Shown piece by piece: positions 38,931-48,564 of a stretch of 64,000 nt of DNA. Every line of letters begins with the position of its first letter. The first letter of the stretch is position 1. The notes under the pieces were generated by a model. That model had not been told where the DNA came from. It saw only the letters and a program-made list of their open reading frames with translations, and did no database searches. The position numbers and the translations under genes are program-made. Origin of the DNA: an uncultured cyanobacterium (GTDB lineage Bacteria; Cyanobacteriota; Cyanobacteriia; Cyanobacteriales; Nostocaceae); the NCBI GenBank assembly GCA_963740315.1, contig CAVUDP010000002.1:2464001-2528000 (forward strand). Direction: 5' to 3'.

Positions 38931-39608
38931 TATTTTTTGTAAAAACTCCGTGGTAACACTTAAACAGATAATTTTAGGAAATTGGCTCTTTGTTTCTATA
39001 GACGCAGCCTTAAGCTGTTAGTTTAGAAAATTATAAGTAATTAAACTGCTATACGTTTATAGATTACCGTTTCAGGATATCAATATTCTGCATTTTCATT
39101 GACAAATTAAAAAAAAAGCCAGCAAATATCCCGAATATCTCTGTAGATATTTGTACTTAAAGCACAATTGTGATAGTATCTTTTTCTCATTCGGGGAAAA
39201 AAATTAGCAAGTTGATACTTTTATTTCTTAATTATCGGCAAAAATCTTTATCAAATGAAGCTATTGTCCTTTTCGTACACAAGTATTCTTGTACTGCAAC
39301 GTTTATTTAACGTTTATTTATAGCGTGTATTTAACAATGTAGTTGCAATCTTGGTAATATCTAAATTATCGGGGCGTTAAAAATAGCTGTTAAATATCAG
39401 CACATTTAACTATTGGGGGGGTTCAATGGCGCTTTAATTTACACTTCTTAACGAGTACTTGACTCTATCTTAAGGGAGGTATAAGTAAAGTTGTTGCGAT
39501 ACACACTTGTAGTGTGATGGCTAAGGGTTATTATTATGGCACGGTTTTACAAACCCAAGAATTTATTAAGAAAAGTTTATTAATGAAAGCTGAGCGGGGA
39601 AGTAGGCT

Positions 39609-41924
39609 GTGCAAATTCCGCTAGATTATTACCGGATTTTAGGAATACCGATGGCGGCAAGTGACGAGCAGTTAGCGACTGCATACAGCGATCGCATTGT
39701 CGGATTGCCGCGACGTGAATATTCAATGCAGGCAATTGCATCTCGAAAAAAACTTATAGAAGAAGCATACGTGGTTTTATCAGATCCCAAAGAACGCAAG
39801 GAATACGACCGAGTTTATCTGACACACGCCTATACTCCTGAATCCGGGCGCGATAGTAGGGTGGCGGTTGGAGAACGGGTATTAGGTACTCAGACAGAAA
39901 TTAAATCTACCACTTTAGGTATTGACATTTCTGCTTCTGAATTGATCGGCGCTTTAATGCTTTTGCAAGAGTTGGGAGAATACGAACAGGTTTTAAAATT
40001 GGGTCGTCCATACCTAGTTAATCAAAATGGGAAAGCGATCGGTAATTTAGGCGAGCCACCAAGCCAAGCACAACTCAGCCCAGAACAAACCGCTCAACGT
40101 CCGGATGTGGTTCTCACCGTCGCCCTTGCCTGCTTAGAACTAGGTCGCGAACAATGGCAGCAAGCTCACTACGAAAATGCGGCTGTCTCCTTAGAAACTG
40201 GTTTAGAACTGCTATGCAAAGAAGGATTATTTCAAAGCGTTCAAGCTGAAATAGAAGCGGATCTCAATAGACTGCGACCTTATCGTATTTTAGAATTGCT
40301 GGCATTGCCAATAGAAAAAACTGCCGAACGACAACAAGGTTTGGGGTTATTAGAGGAAGCACTAGATCGACGCGGTGGTATTGATGGCACTGGCTTTGAC
40401 CAATCTGGTTTAAATGTAGATGATTTTCTGCGTTTTATTCAGCAACTGCGCCACTATTTAACAGTCGCCGAACAACACAAGCTGTTTGAGGAAGAAAGCA
40501 AGCGTCCCTCTGCTGTCGCCACCTACTTGGCTGTATATGCTTTGATAGCACGGGGATTTACTCAACGTCAACCTGCTTTAATCCGTCAAGCAAAACAAAT
40601 GTTGATTCAGTTGGGTAAACGCCAAGACGTACACTTAGAGCAATCTTTGTGTGCCTTACTTTTAGGACAAACTCAAGAAGCAACTCGTGCTTTAGAATTA
40701 AGTCAGGAGTACGAAGCTTTAGCTTTCATCAGAGAAAATTCGATTGATTCTCCCGATTTGCTTCCCGGACTATGTTTGTACGCAGAAACTTGGTTGCAAA
40801 ATGAAGTATTCCCTCATTTTCGGGATTTGAAAGAACAGCAAGCTTCTTTGAAAGAATACTTTGCCGATGGTCAAGTGCAAGCTTATTTGGAAGCTTTACC
40901 AAAAGATACTCAAGTAAATCAAGCAAATCGCCAGTCTGCTCCTCAAAGTAATCAAAATACTCAAAATAATCAAAATTCTAATGTCGTTTACCGAGAATTT
41001 AATAACCGCAGGCAAACACCACCGGGGTATCAACAAACAAATAATGATGCCCCTAGCAGACCGACTCCCGTAACACCTATTAACGAAACACCAGTATCTG
41101 CGGGACCGCTTCCCACGAATGAACGCTTCAGAGGTAACAGCCACCCTCAAAATGGTTCTGCAAAAGCGATCGAAGCGCCAGCTTCGCGGGCGATCGCCAC
41201 GGGTAAACCGGATCGACCAAACAGTCGCAGAAGACGCAAGCAAAGCGATATTCCTAATTCTGGACGTGCTGTTGAACCTACAACTCGTCCCAGAGTAGCT
41301 AGAAAACGACACGCACCAAGCAGTTCGGCAAAAAGAACCCGTCTTCTAGGGTTAATTGTTGGATCTTTATCGGGTTTGTTAGTTTTATGGTTATTAGTAG
41401 GTGCTGCTGTAGGACTCTTACAAAATATATTTTCTCCAGCATCAATGCAAGGGGAACAGTTGAATATAAAGATAAATGAACTACCAATAGAAATACCACC
41501 ACCAAATAGTCAACCCATAGTAGATAACGGTACCTTAACTAAAGAAACCGCGCAAGAAATAGTTAGAGATTGGCTATCTATTAAAGGAAGTGCTTTGGGG
41601 AAAGATCATAATATTCAAAGTTTAGACAATATTTTAACAGGTACCGCTCTTAATAGTTGGCGAATAATTGCTCAAGAAGTTAAAGCAAAAAACCGCTATC
41701 GAACCTTTGAGCATAACATTAAGATTGAATCCGTCGATACAGTTCCCAATAACGATAATCAAGCTGCTATTGAAGCAACTGTAACTGAAGAAGCGAACTT
41801 CTACGAAAACAGTCAATTAAATCAACAAAGGTCTTATAACGACACAATACGAGTTAGATATATGCTGGTTAAAATTAGTGGAAAATGGCGCATTAAAGAA
41901 ATGTCAGTTGTGAATACAAATTAA
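39609..41924 (+). CDS. ftn2: Cell division protein Ftn2/ZipN (ARC6 homologue)
   Basis: IPLDYYRILG J-like domain, LLPGLCLYAETWL, TM helix, C-terminal IMS/DUF4101 domain. Confidence 0.93.
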   Translation: MQIPLDYYRILGIPMAASDEQLATAYSDRIVGLPRREYSMQAIASRKKLIEEAYVVLSDPKERKEYDRVYLTHAYTPESGRDSRVAVGERVLGTQTEIKSTTLGIDISASELIGALMLLQELGEYEQVLKLGRPYLVNQNGKAIGNLGEPPSQAQLSPEQTAQRPDVVLTVALACLELGREQWQQAHYENAAVSLETGLELLCKEGLFQSVQAEIEADLNRLRPYRILELLALPIEKTAERQQGLGLLEEALDRRGGIDGTGFDQSGLNVDDFLRFIQQLRHYLTVAEQHKLFEEESKRPSAVATYLAVYALIARGFTQRQPALIRQAKQMLIQLGKRQDVHLEQSLCALLLGQTQEATRALELSQEYEALAFIRENSIDSPDLLPGLCLYAETWLQNEVFPHFRDLKEQQASLKEYFADGQVQAYLEALPKDTQVNQANRQSAPQSNQNTQNNQNSNVVYREFNNRRQTPPGYQQTNNDAPSRPTPVTPINETPVSAGPLPTNERFRGNSHPQNGSAKAIEAPASRAIATGKPDRPNSRRRRKQSDIPNSGRAVEPTTRPRVARKRHAPSSSAKRTRLLGLIVGSLSGLLVLWLLVGAAVGLLQNIFSPASMQGEQLNIKINELPIEIPPPNSQPIVDNGTLTKETAQEIVRDWLSIKGSALGKDHNIQSLDNILTGTALNSWRIIAQEVKAKNRYRTFEHNIKIESVDTVPNNDNQAAIEATVTEEANFYENSQLNQQRSYNDTIRVRYMLVKISGKWRIKEMSVVNTN

Positions 41925-42096
41925 TTGATTTATAACAATTAAATAACTATAAATATTGGCACTGACTTTATTACTTATTTAACCAGCGCCCTAAAGCAAT
42001 AAGCTTTTTCTTTAATCAGTTACCGCTATCTAAGTTAATAATATTAAATAGCATCATTATTTAATCTCAGTATTTGCATAAAAAACACAACTCGAA

Positions 42097-42987
42097 TCAA
42101 CTAGTCTCAAGAGTGAAGAAAGTTAATTCTGGCGGACAGAACAAACGTATCGGTACAATACTCATACCAATACCAACATTAATATAAAGATTATTGCCCG
42201 GTTTGCCGTAACCTTTTACCCAACCATCAGCAAAAACTTTATCCTCTTGAGTAAATTTTAACCACGACCATTGAGGAGAATTGGGTATGCGTACCTGTCC
42301 CCCATGAGTATGTCCTGCTAGTGCCAGTGGCGCTGAGTTAGCAGGGAACTGCTCAAATGTATCTGGATTGTGCATCAGGGCAATTCTAGGGCTGCTGTCT
42401 GGTACATCCTTTAAAGCTTGCTGCACGTTATCTCGATTTGCCCAACGCGAATCCACGCCGACTAAGTACAAAGGCTCATTACTACCGGATAGCTGCATTT
42501 TTACGGCTTCATTGTCTAATACTTTAATCCCTGCTGTCTCTAAGGCTGTCTCTACACGATTTGCCAACTCAGTATTGGGTGATGCCGTCTTGCTACTCAT
42601 ACCGTAGTCATGATTTCCTAACACTGCATAAGTAGGAATACCAGCTTCAACGATGGGACGGACTAAATTGACGGCTGTCTCAATTTTTGGTTCGGGATTG
42701 GGGGTAGCGTGATAGATAAAGTCGCCAGCGATTAAGACAGCAGCAGGTTTGGCTTCAATTAACTTATCAACGTTATTACGAACAGTGTCGGGATTGCCAC
42801 CCCACATTCCAATTTGAAAATCGGCAATTACACCAATTTTCTTTCCCTGCCAAGTCTTCGGGAGATTAGGAATTTTAGCAGTTTCATTTTCTATGTCGAA
42901 AATATGTGGCTCGATGAAGCTCCAGATTGCAAGTAAAGCAACTACTCCTCCCAATCCCATCGCAATATATTTTAATTTGTTAGACAT
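42097..42987 (-). CDS. Metallophosphoesterase (YkuE-like)
   Basis: AD, GD, GNHD, HNPD, GHTHGGQ. Confidence 0.9.
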   Translation of the reverse strand: MSNKLKYIAMGLGGVVALLAIWSFIEPHIFDIENETAKIPNLPKTWQGKKIGVIADFQIGMWGGNPDTVRNNVDKLIEAKPAAVLIAGDFIYHATPNPEPKIETAVNLVRPIVEAGIPTYAVLGNHDYGMSSKTASPNTELANRVETALETAGIKVLDNEAVKMQLSGSNEPLYLVGVDSRWANRDNVQQALKDVPDSSPRIALMHNPDTFEQFPANSAPLALAGHTHGGQVRIPNSPQWSWLKFTQEDKVFADGWVKGYGKPGNNLYINVGIGMSIVPIRLFCPPELTFFTLETS

Positions 42988-43696
42988 ATCAGTTGCAATT
43001 TTAGAAATTAGATTTTTTTATTCGCGTATTCTCAATCATCTAACTAAAGTTCTTTTCTGACTTCTACCCGTAGTTGGCTTTATTTAAGAAAAATCAATCA
43101 GAATGCTTTAAATTTAAAGCAACGATCGACCATAAAAGGGATAGTATTTTTGCTTTTATATGTATACGTTAAATAACGAGAAGCGAGAGCGGCATGGCTG
43201 TACTACCTGCTACTATTTTAAAAAACGACTTTTGATTCTATTTTTAATAAAAGACTAACTGAACGCAATTTTCCTAAAATATTTAAACTTTTCAAGCGTA
43301 AAACTCGTCCGTTCAAATCATGTTTTAATTAGCAATGAATACAGAACGCTAGGGTGGCGATCGCCATCTCCCATTGAACGCACCTTATAACCCAAATCGA
43401 CACGCGCACTTCCGATTATTAAAGTATGAAATTATACTTTTAAAACATCCTCTTGAAGTGCATTGTATTTCCTCAAAATTACTTCCAATAAATTATTAGT
43501 TGTCGCAAATTTTTTGTTTAAGATGTTTTTTTATCTGCCTTTAGTTGGATAAAAATATATATAACTATATTCTTTTCAAAGTTATTAGCCTTTATTCTGA
43601 TTTGGCTCAATTCTTTAAATCTATCTTTGGAGTGAATTTTATTTAATTTAAAACATACTATTGTGATAAATATTAAAAGCAAGTAGAGATAATAAC

Positions 43697-43809
43697 AGGA
43701 CTTACGCAGCGATAACGGAAAATATAGTCTTCTAGATGTTGTTCACCGCGAGCGGTGCGGCTCGATCCCCCCAACCCCCCTTATTTAAGGGGGGCTTTGC
43801 GTAAGTCCT
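43697..43809. mobile_element. MITE with AGGACTTACGCA terminal inverted repeats
   Basis: AGGACTTACGCA .. TGCGTAAGTCCT enclosing a CCCCC/GGGGG palindrome. Confidence 0.7.
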
Positions 43810-43844
43810 AAATAAATTAAAAAAAATTAGTTGGAGAAGGTATT

Positions 43845-45257
43845 TTGAATATCTCAGCAAAATCGGCAGATAAAAAAGAATTTCAAAAAAGTAATTGGAT
43901 TACAAAATTAGTGGCAATTCTCACGCTAATCAATTTTGCTTTAGTTTTATTTGACTACACCTATATACCCTGGCGGGATTTCTATCTGCAATTTCCTCCT
44001 TTGACACAAATTTACGATCCAGTTAAAGGCATCGAACCCCACCCTGAAACGGAAATTTATCTAGCAAAATTTGATACTTTAAAAGATTTGGTTTCGGCGA
44101 ATCAATTAGATATACCTTCCTTAGAAGAAGATTTATTAGAACTAAGAATCATCAGCGATCGCCTGATTGAAGACAATCCGTTTGCAGCGATCGGCAAAAG
44201 CAGCACTTTTGAAAAAATTAAACATGAATTGGGCGATCGCGTAAATCAAAACTCTGCCCGCGATACTTTTGCTACCTTTTGGAGTCCTACTTATCTTTCT
44301 GAAGCAGGTTGGCAAGAAGAAATTAATTTTTTTGACCGAGAAATTAAACCGCCGATCGCAACCAATTACTATCGAGATTTAAACAGGTTCGGTAAGTTCG
44401 TCCAGTATTTCTGGTTAATCGAACTACCTTTTATACTCGTATTTGCTCTAGATATTTTGATTCGTACTTACTACAATAGCCGTCGTATTCCCCATTTAAG
44501 TTGGTGGGAAGCAATATTACGGCGTTGGTACGACTTTTTTCTCATACTTCCTACAGCGCGATGGTTGCGAGTCGTTCCCGTAACAGTTCGTCTGTATCAA
44601 GCTAATTTATTAAATTTAAAACCTTTACGCAAGCAGTTTAACTATAGTTTTATCATTGGTTTTATCGAGGAAATTGCCGAACTTCTAGGGATTCAAGTTA
44701 TCGATCGCTTGCAAAAGTCGATCGAAAAAGGTGAGGTATCTCATTGGCTGTTTCATCCCGAACATCGTTCTTATATTCAAGTTAATCATCGCAATGAGAT
44801 AAAAGCGATCGCCACTCGTTTAGTAAACATCAGTGTCAATGAAGTTCTTCCCCAAGTTAAACCAGATTTGGAAACCTTATTGCATCATGCAATTATAAGT
44901 ACTTTTGAACGCTTTCCCGTCTACCGAAGATTTCAAAAGATCCCTGGTTTTAATCAATTACCCGCTCAACTTACCGAACAATTAGCAACATATTTTTCTC
45001 AAACGGCTTACAACAGTATAGTTAACGGCGTAGAAGATCCGATTGCAGAACAACTATCCGATCGTTTGCTAACAAATTTTCGTGATGCTTTAGAACTAGA
45101 ATTACAAAAAAAGAATAACCTCAAAGATATTGAATCTTGGATAGTAGACTTGTTAGAAGAAATTAAAATCAATTACGTTGAAAGAATTGCCGACAATGAT
45201 TTTAATCAAACTATTGATGAAGCCGATCGCTTACGCAAAAATGTTGTTAAATCTTAG
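43845..45257 (+). CDS. Cyanobacterial-type hypothetical membrane protein
   Basis: FDYTYIPWRDFYL, YDPVKGIEPHPET, RWYD..L.P..RWLR..P..RL (voltage-sensor-like helices); start uncertain. Confidence 0.7.
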   Translation: MNISAKSADKKEFQKSNWITKLVAILTLINFALVLFDYTYIPWRDFYLQFPPLTQIYDPVKGIEPHPETEIYLAKFDTLKDLVSANQLDIPSLEEDLLELRIISDRLIEDNPFAAIGKSSTFEKIKHELGDRVNQNSARDTFATFWSPTYLSEAGWQEEINFFDREIKPPIATNYYRDLNRFGKFVQYFWLIELPFILVFALDILIRTYYNSRRIPHLSWWEAILRRWYDFFLILPTARWLRVVPVTVRLYQANLLNLKPLRKQFNYSFIIGFIEEIAELLGIQVIDRLQKSIEKGEVSHWLFHPEHRSYIQVNHRNEIKAIATRLVNISVNEVLPQVKPDLETLLHHAIISTFERFPVYRRFQKIPGFNQLPAQLTEQLATYFSQTAYNSIVNGVEDPIAEQLSDRLLTNFRDALELELQKKNNLKDIESWIVDLLEEIKINYVERIADNDFNQTIDEADRLRKNVVKS

Positions 45258-45547
45258 ACCTGAGATCAAAAGAAGAAATAAAAGATAATTTAACGTTGGG
45301 TTAATGAAACAACTCTCGGCACATTTTGGAAGCTGTTGGGATATGTGCTTGCTCTTAACAAGAGAAGCATTTGAGCAAATTAACACGGGAGCCTCTAATA
45401 TCTAGACTTATCTACATTTTAAGTCCTCTGATTACTCCCAACGTGTTCTAAAATTACCTACCTCTCTTTATTTCTTCCCTCTGTGTTCTTCGCGTCTAGT
45501 AAGGTTTTTTAATCAGTTATCTTTGGACGGAATAGAAGTTTAGAAAT

Positions 45548-46225
45548 TCAAGTTGCGATAGTTCTTTGGGACTGAACACTTCGGTTTATCCCACTTCCAA
45601 CTTCTGCATCTAACTGCTCGTCTTCTAAAACCAACCCTAATTCATCACGAATATCGCTAATCTGACGCGCCCAATTCTCTTCAAACCGATATACCAGCAA
45701 ACATTCAGCTTGTTTGCCCAGTGCTTTACCTCTGCGATTGTTGGCAAGTGTTTTCTTAATTTGAGTCGGTCTAATTATCAAAAAAATCAACAATACTAGC
45801 GGGTAAACTATATTCAGCATTTTGGTATAGTTTTGTCCGACAGTGAAGGCAAACACGCCCATTTCACCGGGATAGCTCGTATCAAATCCTAGCAAAATAT
45901 GAAATATGTCGTGGGTAACAATGTATCGCAGTGCGAAGGGATTGCGATCGGCTTCTTCTCGTAAATCTTCGCTGATTTCTAACGGTTGAATTCCACATTT
46001 ATGCATATGGTGGGCATATTCATAACCTAAAGTTCCTTCGGGTAGCTGACTAAGTTGTTCTAAATCAATTTTGGGGTAGTAGCCTACGAAGTCTTGTAGT
46101 TTGGCTTCAACTTTAGGATTTAAACCTATTCCGTACAACTCAGATTCAATTAATCCGATATCTCCTGCGTTCCCTTCTATGAAATAGTTTTTGAGTGCTT
46201 TGATAACACGTTTGATTGTAGCCAT
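45548..46225 (-). CDS. Coq4 family protein
   Basis: LPEGTLGYEY, THDIFHILLGF..GE (HDxxH..E). Confidence 0.85.
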   Translation of the reverse strand: MATIKRVIKALKNYFIEGNAGDIGLIESELYGIGLNPKVEAKLQDFVGYYPKIDLEQLSQLPEGTLGYEYAHHMHKCGIQPLEISEDLREEADRNPFALRYIVTHDIFHILLGFDTSYPGEMGVFAFTVGQNYTKMLNIVYPLVLLIFLIIRPTQIKKTLANNRRGKALGKQAECLLVYRFEENWARQISDIRDELGLVLEDEQLDAEVGSGINRSVQSQRTIAT

Positions 46226-46265
46226 TGTAATTACCTCTTATATAGTGTGTAAATAAAAATTGAAT

Positions 46266-46922
46266 TCAAGCAGCAACGGTTCCTGAAGACTGAGTGGCAA
46301 ATTCGTCTAACTGCTCCTCTTCTAAAACCAGCCCTAACTCAGAACGAATATCAGCGATCGCCCGCGCCCAATTATCTTCAAATCTATATGTCAGAAGACA
46401 CTTCGCCTTTTTACCAAGAGCTTTTCCTTTACGAATATTGCCACGCATCTGCTTGGCTTGATTGATGAAGATAAGCGGATACACAGATGTAATTAAAGGC
46501 TCGAATGCATTCATCATCTTGCTGTAATTTTGAGCAATGGTGAATGCAAACACCCCCATTTCACCTGCATAACTGGTGTCAAATCCTAGCAAGACATGAA
46601 ATATGTCGTGAGTAACTGTATACCGCAATGCAAAAAGATGACTGTCGGCTTCTTCTCTTAAATCCTGGCTGATTTCTAAAGGTTGAATCCCACATTTATG
46701 CATATGCTGGGCATATTCGTAACCTAAAGTTCCTTGTGGTAGCTGACTAAGTTTTTCAAGATTGATTGAAGGATAATAACCCGCGAAATCTTCCAGTTGA
46801 GCTAGAACTTTACTGTTTGCACCTAACCCAAAAATTTCAAATTTGAGAAAGGCAATGTCTCCTACTTCCCCTTTGGTGAAATAGTCTTTGATTGCTGTAA
46901 AGAAACGTTTGATGGTAGCCAT
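46266..46922 (-). CDS. Coq4 family protein (tandem paralogue)
   Basis: LPQGTLGYEY, THDIFHVLLGF..GE. Confidence 0.85.
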   Translation of the reverse strand: MATIKRFFTAIKDYFTKGEVGDIAFLKFEIFGLGANSKVLAQLEDFAGYYPSINLEKLSQLPQGTLGYEYAQHMHKCGIQPLEISQDLREEADSHLFALRYTVTHDIFHVLLGFDTSYAGEMGVFAFTIAQNYSKMMNAFEPLITSVYPLIFINQAKQMRGNIRKGKALGKKAKCLLTYRFEDNWARAIADIRSELGLVLEEEQLDEFATQSSGTVAA

Positions 46923-47038
46923 AATGGCGAAACTCCTATGAATATTAGTAATAAAGCGGCGTTAAGTGTTTAAGCTTGAAATTGCAGGCGATCGTTTTTT
47001 TGGTATTAAAATTGCCTTGAACGGAAGTTACTTTTTTG

Positions 47039-47099
47039 TGACCAATTAGTCATGTGACCTTATAGTCATACTATAAAGACAAAATGTCCAATATGTCAA
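47039..47099 (-). promoter_or_regulatory. Sigma70 promoter with tandem TGAC-N6-GTCA operators upstream of the Coq4 pair
   Basis: TGACcaattaGTCA-TG-TGACcttataGTCA (47039-47068); minus strand TTGACA (47099-47094), 18 nt, TATAGT. Confidence 0.8.
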
Positions 47100-47322
47100 G
47101 CTATCTGATAGTATTGCTTGGGATGTAACTATTTACGTAGTCTTGGCTTCGCTTGTCTCTATCTTTGGAGATAAGAGTAAATAAGGAACTTTGTTTAAAA
47201 ATTAGCTTGAATTAGCAGGGTTTATAAAAATAGCCCCAGGGTTAGATTCTGGGGCGTTTTTGTTGAGGAGTTAGGATTATTTTTGTATTTGTTCATATTT
47301 TGCACCATTTTCAAAACCGCTA

Positions 47323-47431
47323 GGGAATGCAATTCCCCAGCTAATAGCAGAAGTCCTCTGAAGAGGACTGTGTAAGATTTTCAGTCTACTTGAGTAGACT
47401 TGGGCTATTAGCCTCGGAATTGATTCCGAGG
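47323..47431. repeat. Multi-hairpin (cruciform) dispersed element
   Basis: GGGAAT/ATTCCC, GCTAATAGC/GCTATTAGC, AGTCCTCT/AGAGGACT, AGTCTACT/AGTAGACT, CCTCGGAAT/ATTCCGAGG. Confidence 0.75.
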
Positions 47432-47621
47432 TGATTGTGAGGCATATATGATGCAATTAAATTGATAATCACAGTAATTTACCTTCTTAAAGCGGATATT
47501 TTGATTGGTTTGCCAGGATAACTGATTGTTGGGTTACAGCATATTATTATTTCGTTATGATTGAAAATTTTTTCCAGTCGTAACCAACCTGACTTTTCAC
47601 AGTACTTACTATATTTTTAAA

Positions 47622-48005
47622 TTAATCTATTTTTATGACTTCTAATGTCAAAATTCCTTTGGGTTTATTCACCACCAGTTGCATGATATCCAACCACAGC
47701 GAACCCATCAAAGTGTCGGGAATTTCCTCACCAACATGAATTGGAATCGTAAACTCGCGATCGTCAACAATTACTTTCCCCTCATATAAGTCAAAGTAAT
47801 CTACCCCTTGAGCAGTCTGCATCTCAATTTTGGGTATGATAATTAACCACTCAAGAGCTTCCAAGTCTTGATAGTTAATTGCCAGCCATCCCGTTGTAAA
47901 TCCTGTATCAAGTATTGCTTCTACTTCAAATTGCTCGCCGTTCGCTGCAACCATTTGGACAGAAAAAAATAACTCCCCATTGTTACCAAACTGCCCTGCA
48001 ATCAT
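47622..48005 (-). CDS. Clan AA aspartyl-protease-like protein
   Basis: AILDTGF and TLMG motifs. Confidence 0.75.
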   Translation of the reverse strand: MIAGQFGNNGELFFSVQMVAANGEQFEVEAILDTGFTTGWLAINYQDLEALEWLIIIPKIEMQTAQGVDYFDLYEGKVIVDDREFTIPIHVGEEIPDTLMGSLWLDIMQLVVNKPKGILTLEVIKID

Positions 48006-48316
48006 ATCTTGCCACAGGCTCCAGTGGAGTTAAGCCGAAAAATAGTAATGTCCGCATCTGTTCGGGGATACTGGTTGCGAACTTGCTGTAACAAACTTTC
48101 TAATTTCTGGTCAAGAAGGTAGTTTTCGCTGTCCGCATCAATGGCGATCAACCAATTGTAATGATTTTCGATTAATTGGGGACGAATGCGTTCAAAAATT
48201 GCTCGGCAACGGTTGCCAATTTCTGAGCGTTGATGCTTGCGACGACTGATGTCTTCGGGTTTTAACTCGGAATGCGGCAATATCCGACTTCTACGTTGCT
48301 GGGATAGGTTAGCCAT
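48002..48316 (-). CDS. Small protein (DUF5678-like) coupled to the aspartyl protease
   Basis: ENHYNWLIAIDADSENY, FRLNSTGACGKI; ATGA overlap with the downstream gene; start MANL. Confidence 0.65.
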   Translation of the reverse strand: MANLSQQRRSRILPHSELKPEDISRRKHQRSEIGNRCRAIFERIRPQLIENHYNWLIAIDADSENYLLDQKLESLLQQVRNQYPRTDADITIFRLNSTGACGKI

Positions 48317-48378
48317 ATTGAATATGTACCTGAATAATATACATATTTCAATTATTGCTTGCAATGCCCATAACTGGT

Positions 48379-48511
48379 AAGTAAGTCGGTACATACAAAT
48401 AAACCGAATCACGTAACAGGATGTAAACAATCATCAAACCTCTGGGATTGCTTCGTTTCACTCCGTTCCACTCGCAATGACATACCTTGATTTTTTAACG
48501 CTGACTTACTT
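48379..48511. mobile_element. MITE with AAGTAAGTC(G/A)G inverted ends
   Basis: AAGTAAGTCGG .. CTGACTTACTT with internal GGGATTGCTTCG..CTCGCAATGAC. Confidence 0.6.
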
Positions 48512-48564
48512 AATCGTGTCTGTAATGTTTAACATCCCAACAACATCTATCTATTGGTAGACAT

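Noticed and set aside
42990..43690. Long intergenic region as a possible ncRNA locus
   Set aside because: No recognisable RNA family or strong structure beyond MITE remnants.
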